DNA of 64,000 bases, from NCBI GenBank assembly GCA_965601975.1, contig OZ271856.1:2562240-2626239 (forward strand). The letters run 5' to 3'. The notes under the pieces were generated by a model. It was not told the origin of the DNA and did not search any database. It saw only the letters and a program-made list of their open reading frames with translations. Of this stretch, positions 31,422-40,447 are shown piece by piece. The position numbers and the translations under genes are program-made. The stretch's first letter is position 1, and every line of letters begins with the position of its first letter. This stretch comes from Halieaceae bacterium. GTDB lineage: Bacteria; Pseudomonadota; Gammaproteobacteria; Pseudomonadales; Halieaceae.

Positions 31422-32579
31422 CTAGCGGTTCACCTCGCGTGAACCCAGGTTGACCAGGTCGTTCAGTACGCCCTCCAGGCCTCCGTAAACGGAGATGCTG
31501 TCGATGCGCGCCGTGACCCGCTCAAGAGCTTCCAGCTCTTTCAGACGCAGCAGCGTCGGGTTGTTTTCCATCATTTTCGCGGTGTTGTGCAGTGACCGCA
31601 TGGCTTGAGTTTCCTCGCGCCGTTTGATCAGGTTGGCCTCGGACTCTTTTTGAGCCTCGACAACCTGGTTCAGGATCAACTTCATATCACCCGGCAGAAT
31701 GATGTCTTTGACGCCCACGCTGACCATGTCGATGCCGTACTCGGCCAGCTGACCGCGAATGCCGTCGGCAATCGCAACGTTCAGACGGTCCTTGTCTTCC
31801 AGCAGTGCGTCCAGCGCATGCATACCGACCGCCTCCCGCAGCCGCAGCTGCAGCTCACGGTAGATGTAGGACGCATGGTCGCTCAGGCGCAGTACAACCG
31901 TTTCCGGATCGACGATCCGGAAGCTGGCGCTCAGGTTGATGCGCAGGCTAACCCGGTCTTTGGTCAGGATTTCCTGGCCGCTGACTTCCATGGTTTGCAG
32001 GCGCATATCCAGCAGGTTTACGACAACGGACCGGTTGTAGGTCCAATAGCCGTAGTTGCCCGGCGCGAGCTGGCGCTCGTACTTGCCGTTCACGCTCAGC
32101 ATACCGACGTGTCCGTCCTTGACCTCGACGTACTCGATGCCGCGGCCGGCCCGGCGGGCGCGATCCAGCGTGCGGCCGTAACCCAGTACACCGAGCAGGG
32201 CCGGCTCGACGGCGAAGTCCTCGCTGATATCGACGATGTCGACCCGGACGTTTTCGACACCTCGCCATACGGCCAGGCTGGCGCCCGGCGCCAGGACGTC
32301 GACCAGGTGGCCGTCCCGGTAGAACAGGCCGACCTCGGTGTCGCTCATCTCGAAGCGCTCGATATACCGGTCGAGCATTTCGCCGTGTACGTTCAGCAGG
32401 AACTTCGCGCGCGGCTCGACGAAGACGACGTCAGTAACGTCGTAGATCGCTACGTCGATGCGGCCGAACAGGCCAAGCACGCGGTGACGGCCCGGCATCA
32501 GGACGTCGACCAGTCGGTTGCGCCGGTACAGAAGGGCGCGTTCATTGTCTGCAATATCAATCGTTTTCCAGAAAATCAT
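31422..32579 (-). CDS. SPFH/band-7 (stomatin-prohibitin-flotillin-HflKC) domain protein with triplicated N-terminal segment
   Basis: C-terminal half is typical SPFH plus coiled coil (..DMVSVGVKDIILPGDMKLILNQVVEAQKESEANL..). N-terminal half has three ~65-aa repeats of G-hxxxh-x-L-x-PG-x-H type. Strong SD AGGAGG 7 nt upstream of the ATG. Confidence 0.75.
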   Translation of the reverse strand: MIFWKTIDIADNERALLYRRNRLVDVLMPGRHRVLGLFGRIDVAIYDVTDVVFVEPRAKFLLNVHGEMLDRYIERFEMSDTEVGLFYRDGHLVDVLAPGASLAVWRGVENVRVDIVDISEDFAVEPALLGVLGYGRTLDRARRAGRGIEYVEVKDGHVGMLSVNGKYERQLAPGNYGYWTYNRSVVVNLLDMRLQTMEVSGQEILTKDRVSLRINLSASFRIVDPETVVLRLSDHASYIYRELQLRLREAVGMHALDALLEDKDRLNVAIADGIRGQLAEYGIDMVSVGVKDIILPGDMKLILNQVVEAQKESEANLIKRREETQAMRSLHNTAKMMENNPTLLRLKELEALERVTARIDSISVYGGLEGVLNDLVNLGSREVNR

Positions 32580-32865
32580 GTCAGTCCTCCTCTTCCATGG
32601 AAAACACTGTTAACAAAAGGTGAGGCCCACCCGATGGCACTGTGGCCGCCGGATTCCATCCACCGGGGCGAGCGGCCAGCGGTGCGACCGCGCGCAGCCC
32701 CCAGGCGCCTCCGCAGAGGCGATACCGCTTACCCGGGGACCGCGGCAATCGCACTTGGCCGCCTACCGCGAAGGACTTCCTCCGAAGGCAACGGCGCCAC
32801 CGGCGTCTGCCGGTGACCACCTGGCCGGGCGACACTACAGCGCTGTCGCCGCGACCCGGCCGCCA

Positions 32866-32897
32866 CCAGAGACCATGGGCCTCTGGTTGGTTTTTTT
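32866..32897 (+). terminator. Hairpin (ccagag-accatgggc-ctctgg) followed by ttggttttttt: intrinsic-terminator-like structure, orphan on the + strand
   Basis: Read directly from the sequence. No + strand gene ends nearby, so the function is uncertain. Confidence 0.3.
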
Positions 32898-32910
32898 AAC
32901 AAGGACCTCA

Positions 32911-32936
32911 ACCTTGTGGGGAGTCGAACCCCAGGT
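32911..32936 (-). other. tRNA T-arm-like fragment (CTGGGGTTCGACTCCCCA preceded by a GGTC-GAGA-GACC variable-arm-like hairpin); possible class II tRNA remnant
   Basis: Reverse complement of ..tggggagtcgaaccccag.. . No matching acceptor/D/anticodon arms were found upstream. Confidence 0.25.
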
Positions 32937-32972
32937 CTCTCGACCTTTACCCATTCCGCGTGTCAGGCGGTG

Positions 32973-33046
32973 TGTCTCTGACAGGAATCGAACCTGCGAC
33001 AAATCGATTACTCATCGACTGCTCTGCCAAGCTGAGCTACAAAGAC
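32973..33046 (-). tRNA. tRNA-like gene (cloverleaf foldable; D-arm/T-arm resemble tRNA-Thr/Ala class) with non-canonical anticodon loop as read
   Basis: Reverse complement GTCTTTG-TA-GCTCAGCTTGGCAGAGC-A-GTCGA-TGAGTAA-TCGAT-TTGTC-GCAGGTTCGATTCCTGT-CAGAGAC-A. Acceptor, D and T arms pair well. Position 33 reads G and the anticodon reads AGU. Confidence 0.4.
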
Positions 33047-33172
33047 CTTGGTGTTCAGGCTTCCGTCCGGATTGGTACACAGGACGCCAGGGGCACTGTG
33101 CCAGGCCGGCGTTATGAACCGGCACCGCTAACCCGTTGGGAACATCCCAAACCTGGTGTTGGCCGGCCGCCC

Positions 33173-33730
33173 TCAGGCGGCCAGCCAGTTTCGTTGCCCG
33201 CCGAAGCGGGTTTGCAGGTACTGCATCTGGTCACCGCAGATATGGCGGTTGGCCAGGTACAGGTACTCGTAAACGTTCGGCTCGAACGGAATTGCGAGCA
33301 ACTCCATTCCAGCCTGCTCCGGCGTGCGACCGCCTTTGCGGTGGTTGCACCTGGCACAGGCGGCAACCACATTGGTCCAGACGTCGCGACCGCCCTGAAC
33401 GCGCGGAACCACGTGGTCCCGGGTCAGCTCGCTGCGGCCGAAGACCCCGCCGCAGTACATGCAGCGGTGGCCGTCACGACGAAACAGCAGAGGGTTGCTG
33501 AGCTGCGGAACCAGGCTGTGTCCACTCACACGGCCTTCACAGGCGATGATCGGGGCCAGCGTCAGGCTGGAGCGCTCACCGCTGCGGTTCGTGCCGCCGC
33601 GCAGCCGCGTGGTCTCAGTACCCAGGGTCCAGACAACCAGCTCCTTGACGTACAGGACGGCAGCCTGTTCGCGGGAAACCCAGGCGAGGGGCAGCCCGGC
33701 GCTGTTCAGCCGCAGAATCTGCATGATCAT
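33173..33730 (-). CDS. HNH endonuclease family protein (~185 aa)
   Basis: CxxC..H-N-H..CxxC module (DGHRCMYCGG .. DHVVPRVQGGRDVWTNVVAACARCNHRKG). Confidence 0.8.
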   Translation of the reverse strand: MIMQILRLNSAGLPLAWVSREQAAVLYVKELVVWTLGTETTRLRGGTNRSGERSSLTLAPIIACEGRVSGHSLVPQLSNPLLFRRDGHRCMYCGGVFGRSELTRDHVVPRVQGGRDVWTNVVAACARCNHRKGGRTPEQAGMELLAIPFEPNVYEYLYLANRHICGDQMQYLQTRFGGQRNWLAA

Positions 33731-33761
33731 TGCACTACCCTCCTCGCGCGATTTCCGCGCA

Positions 33762-33793
33762 TAAAAAAAACCCGACAGACTCAGGCCTGTCGG
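33762..33793 (-). terminator. Strong rho-independent terminator for the tadA-aac(3) transcript (stem cccgacag/ctgtcggg followed by T8 on the minus strand; weaker bidirectional)
   Basis: + strand reads aaaaaaaacccgacagactcaggcctgtcgggttt. On the minus strand this is a GC-rich 8-bp stem followed by UUUUUUUU. Confidence 0.5.
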
Positions 33794-33828
33794 GTTTCCT
33801 CGATGAAGCGCTTCCCGCTTCAGGAATA

Positions 33829-33856
33829 CCTTGAAAGGCCCACGCGCCTTTCAAGG
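33829..33856. repeat. Perfect 11-bp-stem hairpin ccttgaaaggc-ccacgc-gcctttcaagg in the HNH/aac(3) spacer
   Basis: Read directly from the sequence. Confidence 0.5.
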
Positions 33857-34139
33857 GAAAGACGCAACTAGCTCACAACCCCCTTGCCGATATGGCGGAG
33901 GCAGAGAGCGTCCAACAGCGACTCCCATGCGCTGGGCATGGCGATCGCCTGGACTGAGTTGTTCTGCACATCAAACATTGATTGTCGTCTTTGAAAAATT
34001 TGTCGTTTAAAAATCAGGGCGCGCATCATAGCGCTGTGAAAAACCGTGTCAACAGTTACTGGCTTGCAAAACAGAATTTTCACAAACTGAATCCACAATT
34101 GAGCAAACTCGGTCTTGAGCCCAGCGTACGGTGCAGTGT

Positions 34140-34982
34140 CTACGCACGATGTTCGCTCATCCAGCCAATGGCAAAATCCACCATGGGTCTCTGCCGAAAC
34201 AGTTTTGTCTCAGCAAGCCCGACCTGTCCGCGAATGAAATCTCCCGGCGCGGCGCAGGCTTCGTACGCAGTCCCGAGGCTTCCGAAATCATCGGTTTCCA
34301 ATGCCAACATCCTGAAAGTCACCCACTCTCGATCGGGACGATCGCCCTGTTCCGCAGACCTGCGAACCCTGGCGCAGCTCTCATCAATTTCACGCCGGGT
34401 GAACTCCGCTTCGTATTCGGCCAGATGCAGTGATGTGTTGGAGTCATGACCGACGCCCAGCAACATCACCTTACCGTCAGAATCGTAGAGTCGCCCAATA
34501 GGAGATTCCCTGCCGAACATTGGCTCAAGCCCATGATCGGCAGTGAGTGCCCTGGCGAGCGGACCGAGGGCAGCGAATGAGCCAATGGGGTGAGTACTTC
34601 GGATAGCACCGGGCCACTGGCGAAAACATTCTGCTATGGCGCCCATGCCGAAAGAGGGGCTCAGTCGTGGGTCAAAAGCTGGCATCTCTTGCCGGATGGT
34701 ATCCCACCAATCCCGCGGCACCGGCGGATTCTCCCAGTGGCCTGGATCCGTGTTCCCCGCCGTGTGGGTAGGCATTACCAATGTACCCTGGTGCCCAACG
34801 GTATCCAGTAGTGCATGCACGACCGCGACTGCACCACCACACACCCAGCCCAGCGCAGACAGACTGGCGTGCACAAGCAGAACATCTCCGGGTTCGACGC
34901 CCAGGTCTCGGAGCTGCGCCGCAATCCTGCTACGCGTCACAGGCCCGGGTGAGCGCGAAACAACGCTTGTCTCGTTCTTCAC
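34140..34982 (-). CDS. AAC(3)-family aminoglycoside N3-acetyltransferase-like protein
   Basis: 280 aa with AAC(3) hallmarks (..LLVHASLSALGWVCGGA.., HTAGNTDP..). Start is 5 nt after the tadA stop. GC visibly lower than the flanks. Confidence 0.75.
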   Translation of the reverse strand: MKNETSVVSRSPGPVTRSRIAAQLRDLGVEPGDVLLVHASLSALGWVCGGAVAVVHALLDTVGHQGTLVMPTHTAGNTDPGHWENPPVPRDWWDTIRQEMPAFDPRLSPSFGMGAIAECFRQWPGAIRSTHPIGSFAALGPLARALTADHGLEPMFGRESPIGRLYDSDGKVMLLGVGHDSNTSLHLAEYEAEFTRREIDESCARVRRSAEQGDRPDREWVTFRMLALETDDFGSLGTAYEACAAPGDFIRGQVGLAETKLFRQRPMVDFAIGWMSEHRA

Positions 34983-34986
34983 TGGG

Positions 34987-35433
34987 TTAGCGCCGTTCGC
35001 GGAAAAAGCCCTGGAGTAGTGCAGCGCTGTCCGCCGCGAGGGGTCCCTCTTCCCAGGTCACCTTGTGGTTGTAGAATTCGCGATCCAGGTCGGAGCCCTG
35101 GCTGACGACGACGCCTGCCCGCGGTTCCCGCGCAGCGAATACCAGCCGCTCGACGCGGGCGTGAACGATGGCGCCCACGCACATGGTGCAGGGTTCGAGG
35201 GTGACATAGAGGGTGGAGCCCGGCAGACGGTAGTTTCCCTCCCGCGCTGCGGCATCCCTGAGCGCAATGATCTCTGCATGGGCCGTCGGATCATTGGAGG
35301 TAATGGGCTGGTTGTAACCTTCACCGATCACCTCGCCCTCGCGCACCACCACCGCACCGACCGGCACTTCGCCAGCGGCCGCAGCATCGCAGGCGAGCTC
35401 CAGGGCGCGTTGCATATAGTCGGCGTCGGACAT
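34987..35433 (-). CDS. tadA: tRNA-specific adenosine-34 deaminase TadA
   Basis: CDA zinc motifs HAEIIAL .. PCTMCVGAI. Confidence 0.9.
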   Translation of the reverse strand: MSDADYMQRALELACDAAAAGEVPVGAVVVREGEVIGEGYNQPITSNDPTAHAEIIALRDAAAREGNYRLPGSTLYVTLEPCTMCVGAIVHARVERLVFAAREPRAGVVVSQGSDLDREFYNHKVTWEEGPLAADSAALLQGFFRERR

Positions 35434-35547
35434 TCCGCTACTCCCGCTCGATGATGTGCACTTTATTGTATGTAGCCATACTCATAAGTGAAGTACATCC
35501 GCCATGCCCGCGGGAGCCGAGTCATCAGGTCGCCTTTTTGGGATTCG

Positions 35548-37200
35548 TTAGTTGACACACTCCTCCGGACCCAACATGGCCAAATCCAGGACCTCATCGA
35601 GCATCGAAAGTTGCTCGCAGGGTATCCCCTCATTGCCCTGAAGATCCAACTCAGTGAGGCTGACCAGGGCGAACAGAACTGACACGTCGACGACCTTGTT
35701 GTGGCTCAGATCCAGACTCTCCAGTTGGGCCAGACCAGCCAAGGGGCCCAACTCACGTATATTGTTTCGGGAGAGCGACAGCGACAGTAGATTTCTGAGC
35801 GCTGCAACCCAGGAAACATCATCGAGACTACTCGATGTAATCTCGAGTGAAGAAAGTTGAGTCAGGTTTTCGAGCACTGCCGTGTCCAGCTCGCTATTGT
35901 AGCTGAGCCGCAGCTTGGTCAGATTGTAGAGCTCCGGCAGCACGCTGAAATCCGTATCCCTTAGCGGCTCACAAATATAGCTATACCCCTTTTCATCAAA
36001 GCAATAGTCGTAGATAGGACTCACACTCGACAAGGTAAGCTCCTCAAGACCGGTAAGCATTGTCAGAGGCGTCAAGTCGTCCGTATTGATGCCAACAAGA
36101 GAGAGGATTCTCAATTTTCGCAAGGAGCGCAAGCGAGAGAGATCCAGGTCCATACCACGGAGATAGAGAACTTCCAGTGACGTGAGGTCTTCCAAACCGG
36201 AATACTGACAATACGACGAGCCGCCAAAGCAGTTTGGCGCTTCCAGGGACTTCAGCTTCTTGAGCTCAACCAGAGGGCTCAGATTACTGAACTGGTTGAA
36301 GCACGGATGGCCCTCCCAGTTGTAGTAACACCAGTTCAGCTCCTCGAACAGGTGTCCGGGGACATCCGTGTAGCTGTGGCCGAATCCGCTCCTGAGGCTC
36401 AGGGTTTCCAGGTTTTTCAACTCTGAGAGGGCCTGGATATTGCCAATCACATTACCGGCAAGGTCGAGATCGATCAGATTATTCAGAACGCGGAGGGCAT
36501 CGATATCGCTTATAAGGTTTGTCCTGAGGTTAACAGACTCAAGCGTTCTGAGTGCGGACACAGGGGTAAGGTCAACGATAAAGTTTGAGGAGAGATCCAG
36601 CTTCGCGATCGGCGCATAATGGAACGCGCCCAGCCCTTCCACTGACTCTATACTGCGATCTGCACACAGGAGCTCTGTGACATCGCGTACCACCGCCCAG
36701 CCGTTCCGTTCGGCTTCTTCGGCAACGCATTGGCCCAGCGCTGCATCCGCGAATGACAGATCAGCGAGTGGAGTATCGGGCTCTGCCAGACGCCGGAACA
36801 CAGCCACGGTCGGCGGCATAACCGTGTCCGGCCAGCGCGCGTTGAATTTCTGCAGTACCTCCGTGGAAACCCAGTAGTGGCATTCTCCCAGCGTTGAATC
36901 AGCGTCGCAGGCCAGGCCCCGCCATCCTTCAAACTTCCAGCCAGGACGGGGTATCGCCGCGTAGCGGGCGTTGTAGCTTCCCGCCAGCACACTGTTATCG
37001 GTGCAGCGCTCGGCCTCGGCCTGAAACTCCTCCAGCGTGCAGCCGCGGACGCCCCAGTTGAGCTCGACAATGTCGCCCTCCCCCTCAATGGCGAGGGGGT
37101 GTTTGCATGCCGCCAGTACCACCAGGCAAGCGAGAGCCACACTGCTTTTCAAAGCCTGTGCAAGCCTGTCCGCCAATGCGTTACTCAAAGTGACAGCCAC
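35548..37200 (-). CDS. Leucine-rich-repeat lipoprotein (550 aa) with Cys-containing N-terminal domain and Cys-rich inter-repeat caps
   Basis: Lipobox LVVLAAC. At least 12 LRR units of LxxLxLxxNxIxDhxxL type. Cys-bearing segments CYYNWEGHPCFNQF, NCFGGSSYCQYSG, YDYCFDEKGYSYICEP, IPCEQL..PEECVN. GC ~50% against a ~63% background. Confidence 0.8.
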   Translation of the reverse strand: MAVTLSNALADRLAQALKSSVALACLVVLAACKHPLAIEGEGDIVELNWGVRGCTLEEFQAEAERCTDNSVLAGSYNARYAAIPRPGWKFEGWRGLACDADSTLGECHYWVSTEVLQKFNARWPDTVMPPTVAVFRRLAEPDTPLADLSFADAALGQCVAEEAERNGWAVVRDVTELLCADRSIESVEGLGAFHYAPIAKLDLSSNFIVDLTPVSALRTLESVNLRTNLISDIDALRVLNNLIDLDLAGNVIGNIQALSELKNLETLSLRSGFGHSYTDVPGHLFEELNWCYYNWEGHPCFNQFSNLSPLVELKKLKSLEAPNCFGGSSYCQYSGLEDLTSLEVLYLRGMDLDLSRLRSLRKLRILSLVGINTDDLTPLTMLTGLEELTLSSVSPIYDYCFDEKGYSYICEPLRDTDFSVLPELYNLTKLRLSYNSELDTAVLENLTQLSSLEITSSSLDDVSWVAALRNLLSLSLSRNNIRELGPLAGLAQLESLDLSHNKVVDVSVLFALVSLTELDLQGNEGIPCEQLSMLDEVLDLAMLGPEECVN

Positions 37201-37282
37201 ATCCTGTGAGCCGAGACAATTCCCTACTCACAGAGTAGTTCAGGTTGCGGCTGTATTAAACCAGAAACGTGAGACCAGTCTA

Positions 37283-38860
37283 TCATTCCCACTCGATGGT
37301 AGCGGGCGGCTTGCTGGAGATATCGTAGGTCACCCGGCTGACGCCGGAGATTTCGTTGATGATTCGGTTTGAGACTTTTTCGAGCAGCTCGTAGGGCAAG
37401 TGCGCCCAGCGCGCGGTCATGAAGTCCACGGTCTCCACTGCCCGCAGGGCAATGACGTATTCGTAGCGGCGCCCGTCGCCGACCACGCCGACGGATTTCA
37501 CCGGCAGGAACACGGCGAAGGCCTGGCTGGTCTTGTGGTAGAAATCCGCCGCGTGCAGTTCCTCGATGAAGATGGCGTCGGCCTCCCTCAGCAGGTCCGC
37601 GTATTCCTTCTTCACCTCGCCGAGAATGCGCACGCCGAGACCGGGGCCCGGGAACGGGTGGCGGTAGACCATGTCGTAGGGCAGGCCCAGCTCCAGTCCA
37701 ACCTGGCGCACCTCGTCCTTGAACAGCTCGCGCAGGGGCTCGACCAGGTCCAGCTCCATGTCCTCCGGCAGGCCGCCGACGTTGTGGTGTGACTTGATCA
37801 CGTGGGCCTTGCCGGTCTTGGCCCCCGCCGACTCGATCACGTCCGGGTAGATGGTGCCCTGGGCCAGCCATTTCACGTCCTGGATTTTGGCCGCTTCGTC
37901 GTCGAATACCTCGATGAAGGTGTTGCCGATGATCTTGCGCTTCTGCTCCGGCTCGTCCACCCCGGTCAGGCGCGACAGGAAGCGCTCCTCCGCGTCGGCG
38001 CGAATGACCTTGACGCCCATGTTCTTGCCGAACATGTCCATGACCTGCTCGCCCTCGTCCTTGCGCAGCAGGCCGTTGTCGACGAACACGCAGGTGAGCT
38101 GGTCGCCGATGGCCCGGTGCAGCAGCGCCGCGACCACCGAAGAGTCAACGCCTCCTGATAGCCCGAGCAATACCTTGTCGCTCCCGACCTGCTCGCGCAC
38201 CCGCTCGATGGCGTCCTCGGCGATATTGGCCGCCGTCCACAGCACATCGCAGCCGCACAGCTCCAGCACGAAGTGCTCGTAGATGCGCTTGCCCTGCAGG
38301 GTATGGGTCACCTCCGGGTGGAACTGTATGCCGTAGAAGGGCTTGTCCCGGTGCACCATCCCGGCGATCGGGCAGCTGTCGGTCTCTGCCATCAGGTCAA
38401 AGCCTTCGGGCAGTGTGGTGACCTTATCGCCGTGGCTCATCCACACATCCAGCAGCGCGGTGCCGTCGTGGGACACATGGTCCTTGATGTCGTGCAACAG
38501 GCCGGTGTTCCCGGTGACGCGAATCTGGGCGTAACCGAACTCTTTCAGGTCGGAGCACTGCACCTCGCCGCCAAAATGCGCGGCCATGGTCTGCATGCCG
38601 TAGCAGATCCCGAGAATCGGAACGCCCAGCTCATAGACCAGCGCCGGCGCGACCGGCGCCCCCTCCTCGGTCACCGATTCGGGACCGCCCGAGAGAATCA
38701 CGCCCCGCGGGTTGAACTCCCGAATCTCCTCGTCGGTGATATCCCAGGCGCGGATTTCGCTGTAGACGCCCACTTCCCGCACCCGTCGGGCGATCAGCTG
38801 GGTGTACTGGGAGCCAAAGTCCAGGATGAGAATTCGCTGGTCGTGAATATTGTTCATCAA
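37283..38860 (-). CDS. guaA: GMP synthase (glutamine-hydrolysing)
   Basis: GATase plus ATP-PPase (SGGVDSSV) domains, full length. Confidence 0.97.
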   Translation of the reverse strand: MMNNIHDQRILILDFGSQYTQLIARRVREVGVYSEIRAWDITDEEIREFNPRGVILSGGPESVTEEGAPVAPALVYELGVPILGICYGMQTMAAHFGGEVQCSDLKEFGYAQIRVTGNTGLLHDIKDHVSHDGTALLDVWMSHGDKVTTLPEGFDLMAETDSCPIAGMVHRDKPFYGIQFHPEVTHTLQGKRIYEHFVLELCGCDVLWTAANIAEDAIERVREQVGSDKVLLGLSGGVDSSVVAALLHRAIGDQLTCVFVDNGLLRKDEGEQVMDMFGKNMGVKVIRADAEERFLSRLTGVDEPEQKRKIIGNTFIEVFDDEAAKIQDVKWLAQGTIYPDVIESAGAKTGKAHVIKSHHNVGGLPEDMELDLVEPLRELFKDEVRQVGLELGLPYDMVYRHPFPGPGLGVRILGEVKKEYADLLREADAIFIEELHAADFYHKTSQAFAVFLPVKSVGVVGDGRRYEYVIALRAVETVDFMTARWAHLPYELLEKVSNRIINEISGVSRVTYDISSKPPATIEWE

Positions 38861-38919
38861 TGCAAAAAATCCAAAAACTGGTGTCTGGAACGAAAAGCGC
38901 CGCTTTCGCGGCGCTGGGT

Positions 38920-40389
38920 CTATCGTACCGGGTAGTTGGGTGCTTCCTTGGTTATCGACACGTCGTGCACGTGACTCTCACTCATCCCCGCACTGGTCAC
39001 CTGCATGAACTCGGGGTGGGTGCGCATGGTGCTGATATCCGCACTGCCCGTATACCCCATGGCGGAACGCAGGCCGCCCATCAACTGGTGGATGATGCCA
39101 GCCAACGGACCCTTGTAGGGAACCCGGCCTTCAATCCCTTCAGGTACCAGCTTTTCCATGCCCTGGCTGGCATCCTGGAAATAGCGGTCACTGGACCCCT
39201 GGGTCTGGGCCATCGCGCCCAGGGAACCCATGCCCCGGTAGGATTTGTAGGTGCGGCCCTGGTAGAGCTCGACCTCGCCGGGCGCCTCCTCGGTGCCGGC
39301 GAACATGCTGCCCATCATGACGCAGTGGGCGCCGGCAACGATCGCCTTGGCGATATCGCCGGAAAAGCGGATGCCGCCGTCGGCGATCAGCGGGATCTCG
39401 GTGTCCTTGAGTGCGTTGGCGACGTTGGCCACCGCGGAAATCTGCGGAACACCGGTTCCCGTCACGATGCGAGTGGTGCAGATCGAGCCGGGGCCGATGC
39501 CCACCTTGACGCCGTCGGCGCCGGCCTCCGCCAGTGCAATGGCCGCTTCAGCCGTGGCGATATTGCCGCCGATCACCTGCATTTCCGGGTAGGCCGACTT
39601 GATGCGCTTGACCCGCTCGATGACATTGCGCGAATGGCCGTGGGCCGTATCGACTACCAGCACATCGACCCCGGCCGCCACCAGCGCGTCGACGCGGTCG
39701 TCCGTGTCGGGGCTGGTACCCACCGAGGCGCCCACCAGCAGCTGGCCAAAGCTGTCCTTGGCTGAATTCGGGAAGCTCTCGGCCTTGTCGAAGTCCTTCA
39801 CCGTGATCATGCCGCGCAGGTCGAACTGGTCGCCCACCACGAGAATCTTCTCGATCCGGTGTTTGTGCAGCAGGGCCTGCACCTCCTCGGCCGTGGCGCC
39901 CTCGGAAACGGTGACCAGCTTGTCCTTCGGCGTCATGATTTCTGACACCGGAATGGTCATATTGGATTCAAAGCGGGTATCCCGCCGGGTCACAATTCCC
40001 ACCAGATCCTCGCCGTCCATCACGGGCACCCCGGAGATGCCGTTCTTCCGGGTCAATTCCAGCAGCTCGCCCAGCCTGGCGTTCTGCTGGATGGTGATAG
40101 GATCCTTGACCACCCCGGCCTCGAATTTCTTGACCTTGCGGACCTGTGCGGCCTGCTCCTCGACGGTCATGCTCTTGTGCACAATGCCGATACCGCCCTC
40201 CTGGGCGATGGCAATGGCGAGGGCGGCTTCGGTGACCGTGTCCATGGCGGCGGACACGAGGGGGATGTTGAGATGGATTTCCCGGGTCAGGCGGGTCCGG
40301 AGCGAGACATCGGTCGCGACCACTTCGGAGTACCCAGGCACCAGCAGAACATCGTCAAACGTGAGGGCTTCCTGGGCTATCCTGAGCAT
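38920..40389 (-). CDS. guaB: IMP dehydrogenase
   Basis: TIM barrel with tandem CBS; catalytic Cys loop [11 protein letters not shown]. Confidence 0.97.
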   Translation of the reverse strand: MLRIAQEALTFDDVLLVPGYSEVVATDVSLRTRLTREIHLNIPLVSAAMDTVTEAALAIAIAQEGGIGIVHKSMTVEEQAAQVRKVKKFEAGVVKDPITIQQNARLGELLELTRKNGISGVPVMDGEDLVGIVTRRDTRFESNMTIPVSEIMTPKDKLVTVSEGATAEEVQALLHKHRIEKILVVGDQFDLRGMITVKDFDKAESFPNSAKDSFGQLLVGASVGTSPDTDDRVDALVAAGVDVLVVDTAHGHSRNVIERVKRIKSAYPEMQVIGGNIATAEAAIALAEAGADGVKVGIGPGSICTTRIVTGTGVPQISAVANVANALKDTEIPLIADGGIRFSGDIAKAIVAGAHCVMMGSMFAGTEEAPGEVELYQGRTYKSYRGMGSLGAMAQTQGSSDRYFQDASQGMEKLVPEGIEGRVPYKGPLAGIIHQLMGGLRSAMGYTGSADISTMRTHPEFMQVTSAGMSESHVHDVSITKEAPNYPVR

Positions 40390-40447
40390 GACTCTTCCGC
40401 TGTCTAGTTAAACGTGCAATTATAAATCCACGCCCCGGTCGCAGTAA

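Noticed and set aside
32905-33047. Considered tmRNA, tRNA-Sec, or a single long-variable-arm tRNA spanning both T-arm-like sequences.
   Set aside because: The two T-arms are ~63 nt apart. The 5' part of the second unit cannot form acceptor, D or anticodon arms. No tmRNA-like pseudoknot or resume-codon region is present. I kept the call as one tRNA-like gene plus a fragment.
37224-37871. 215-aa minus-strand ORF rich in R/G/P overlapping guaA.
   Set aside because: It is out of frame within guaA. The guaA frame is fully conserved and this overlapping frame has no domain content.
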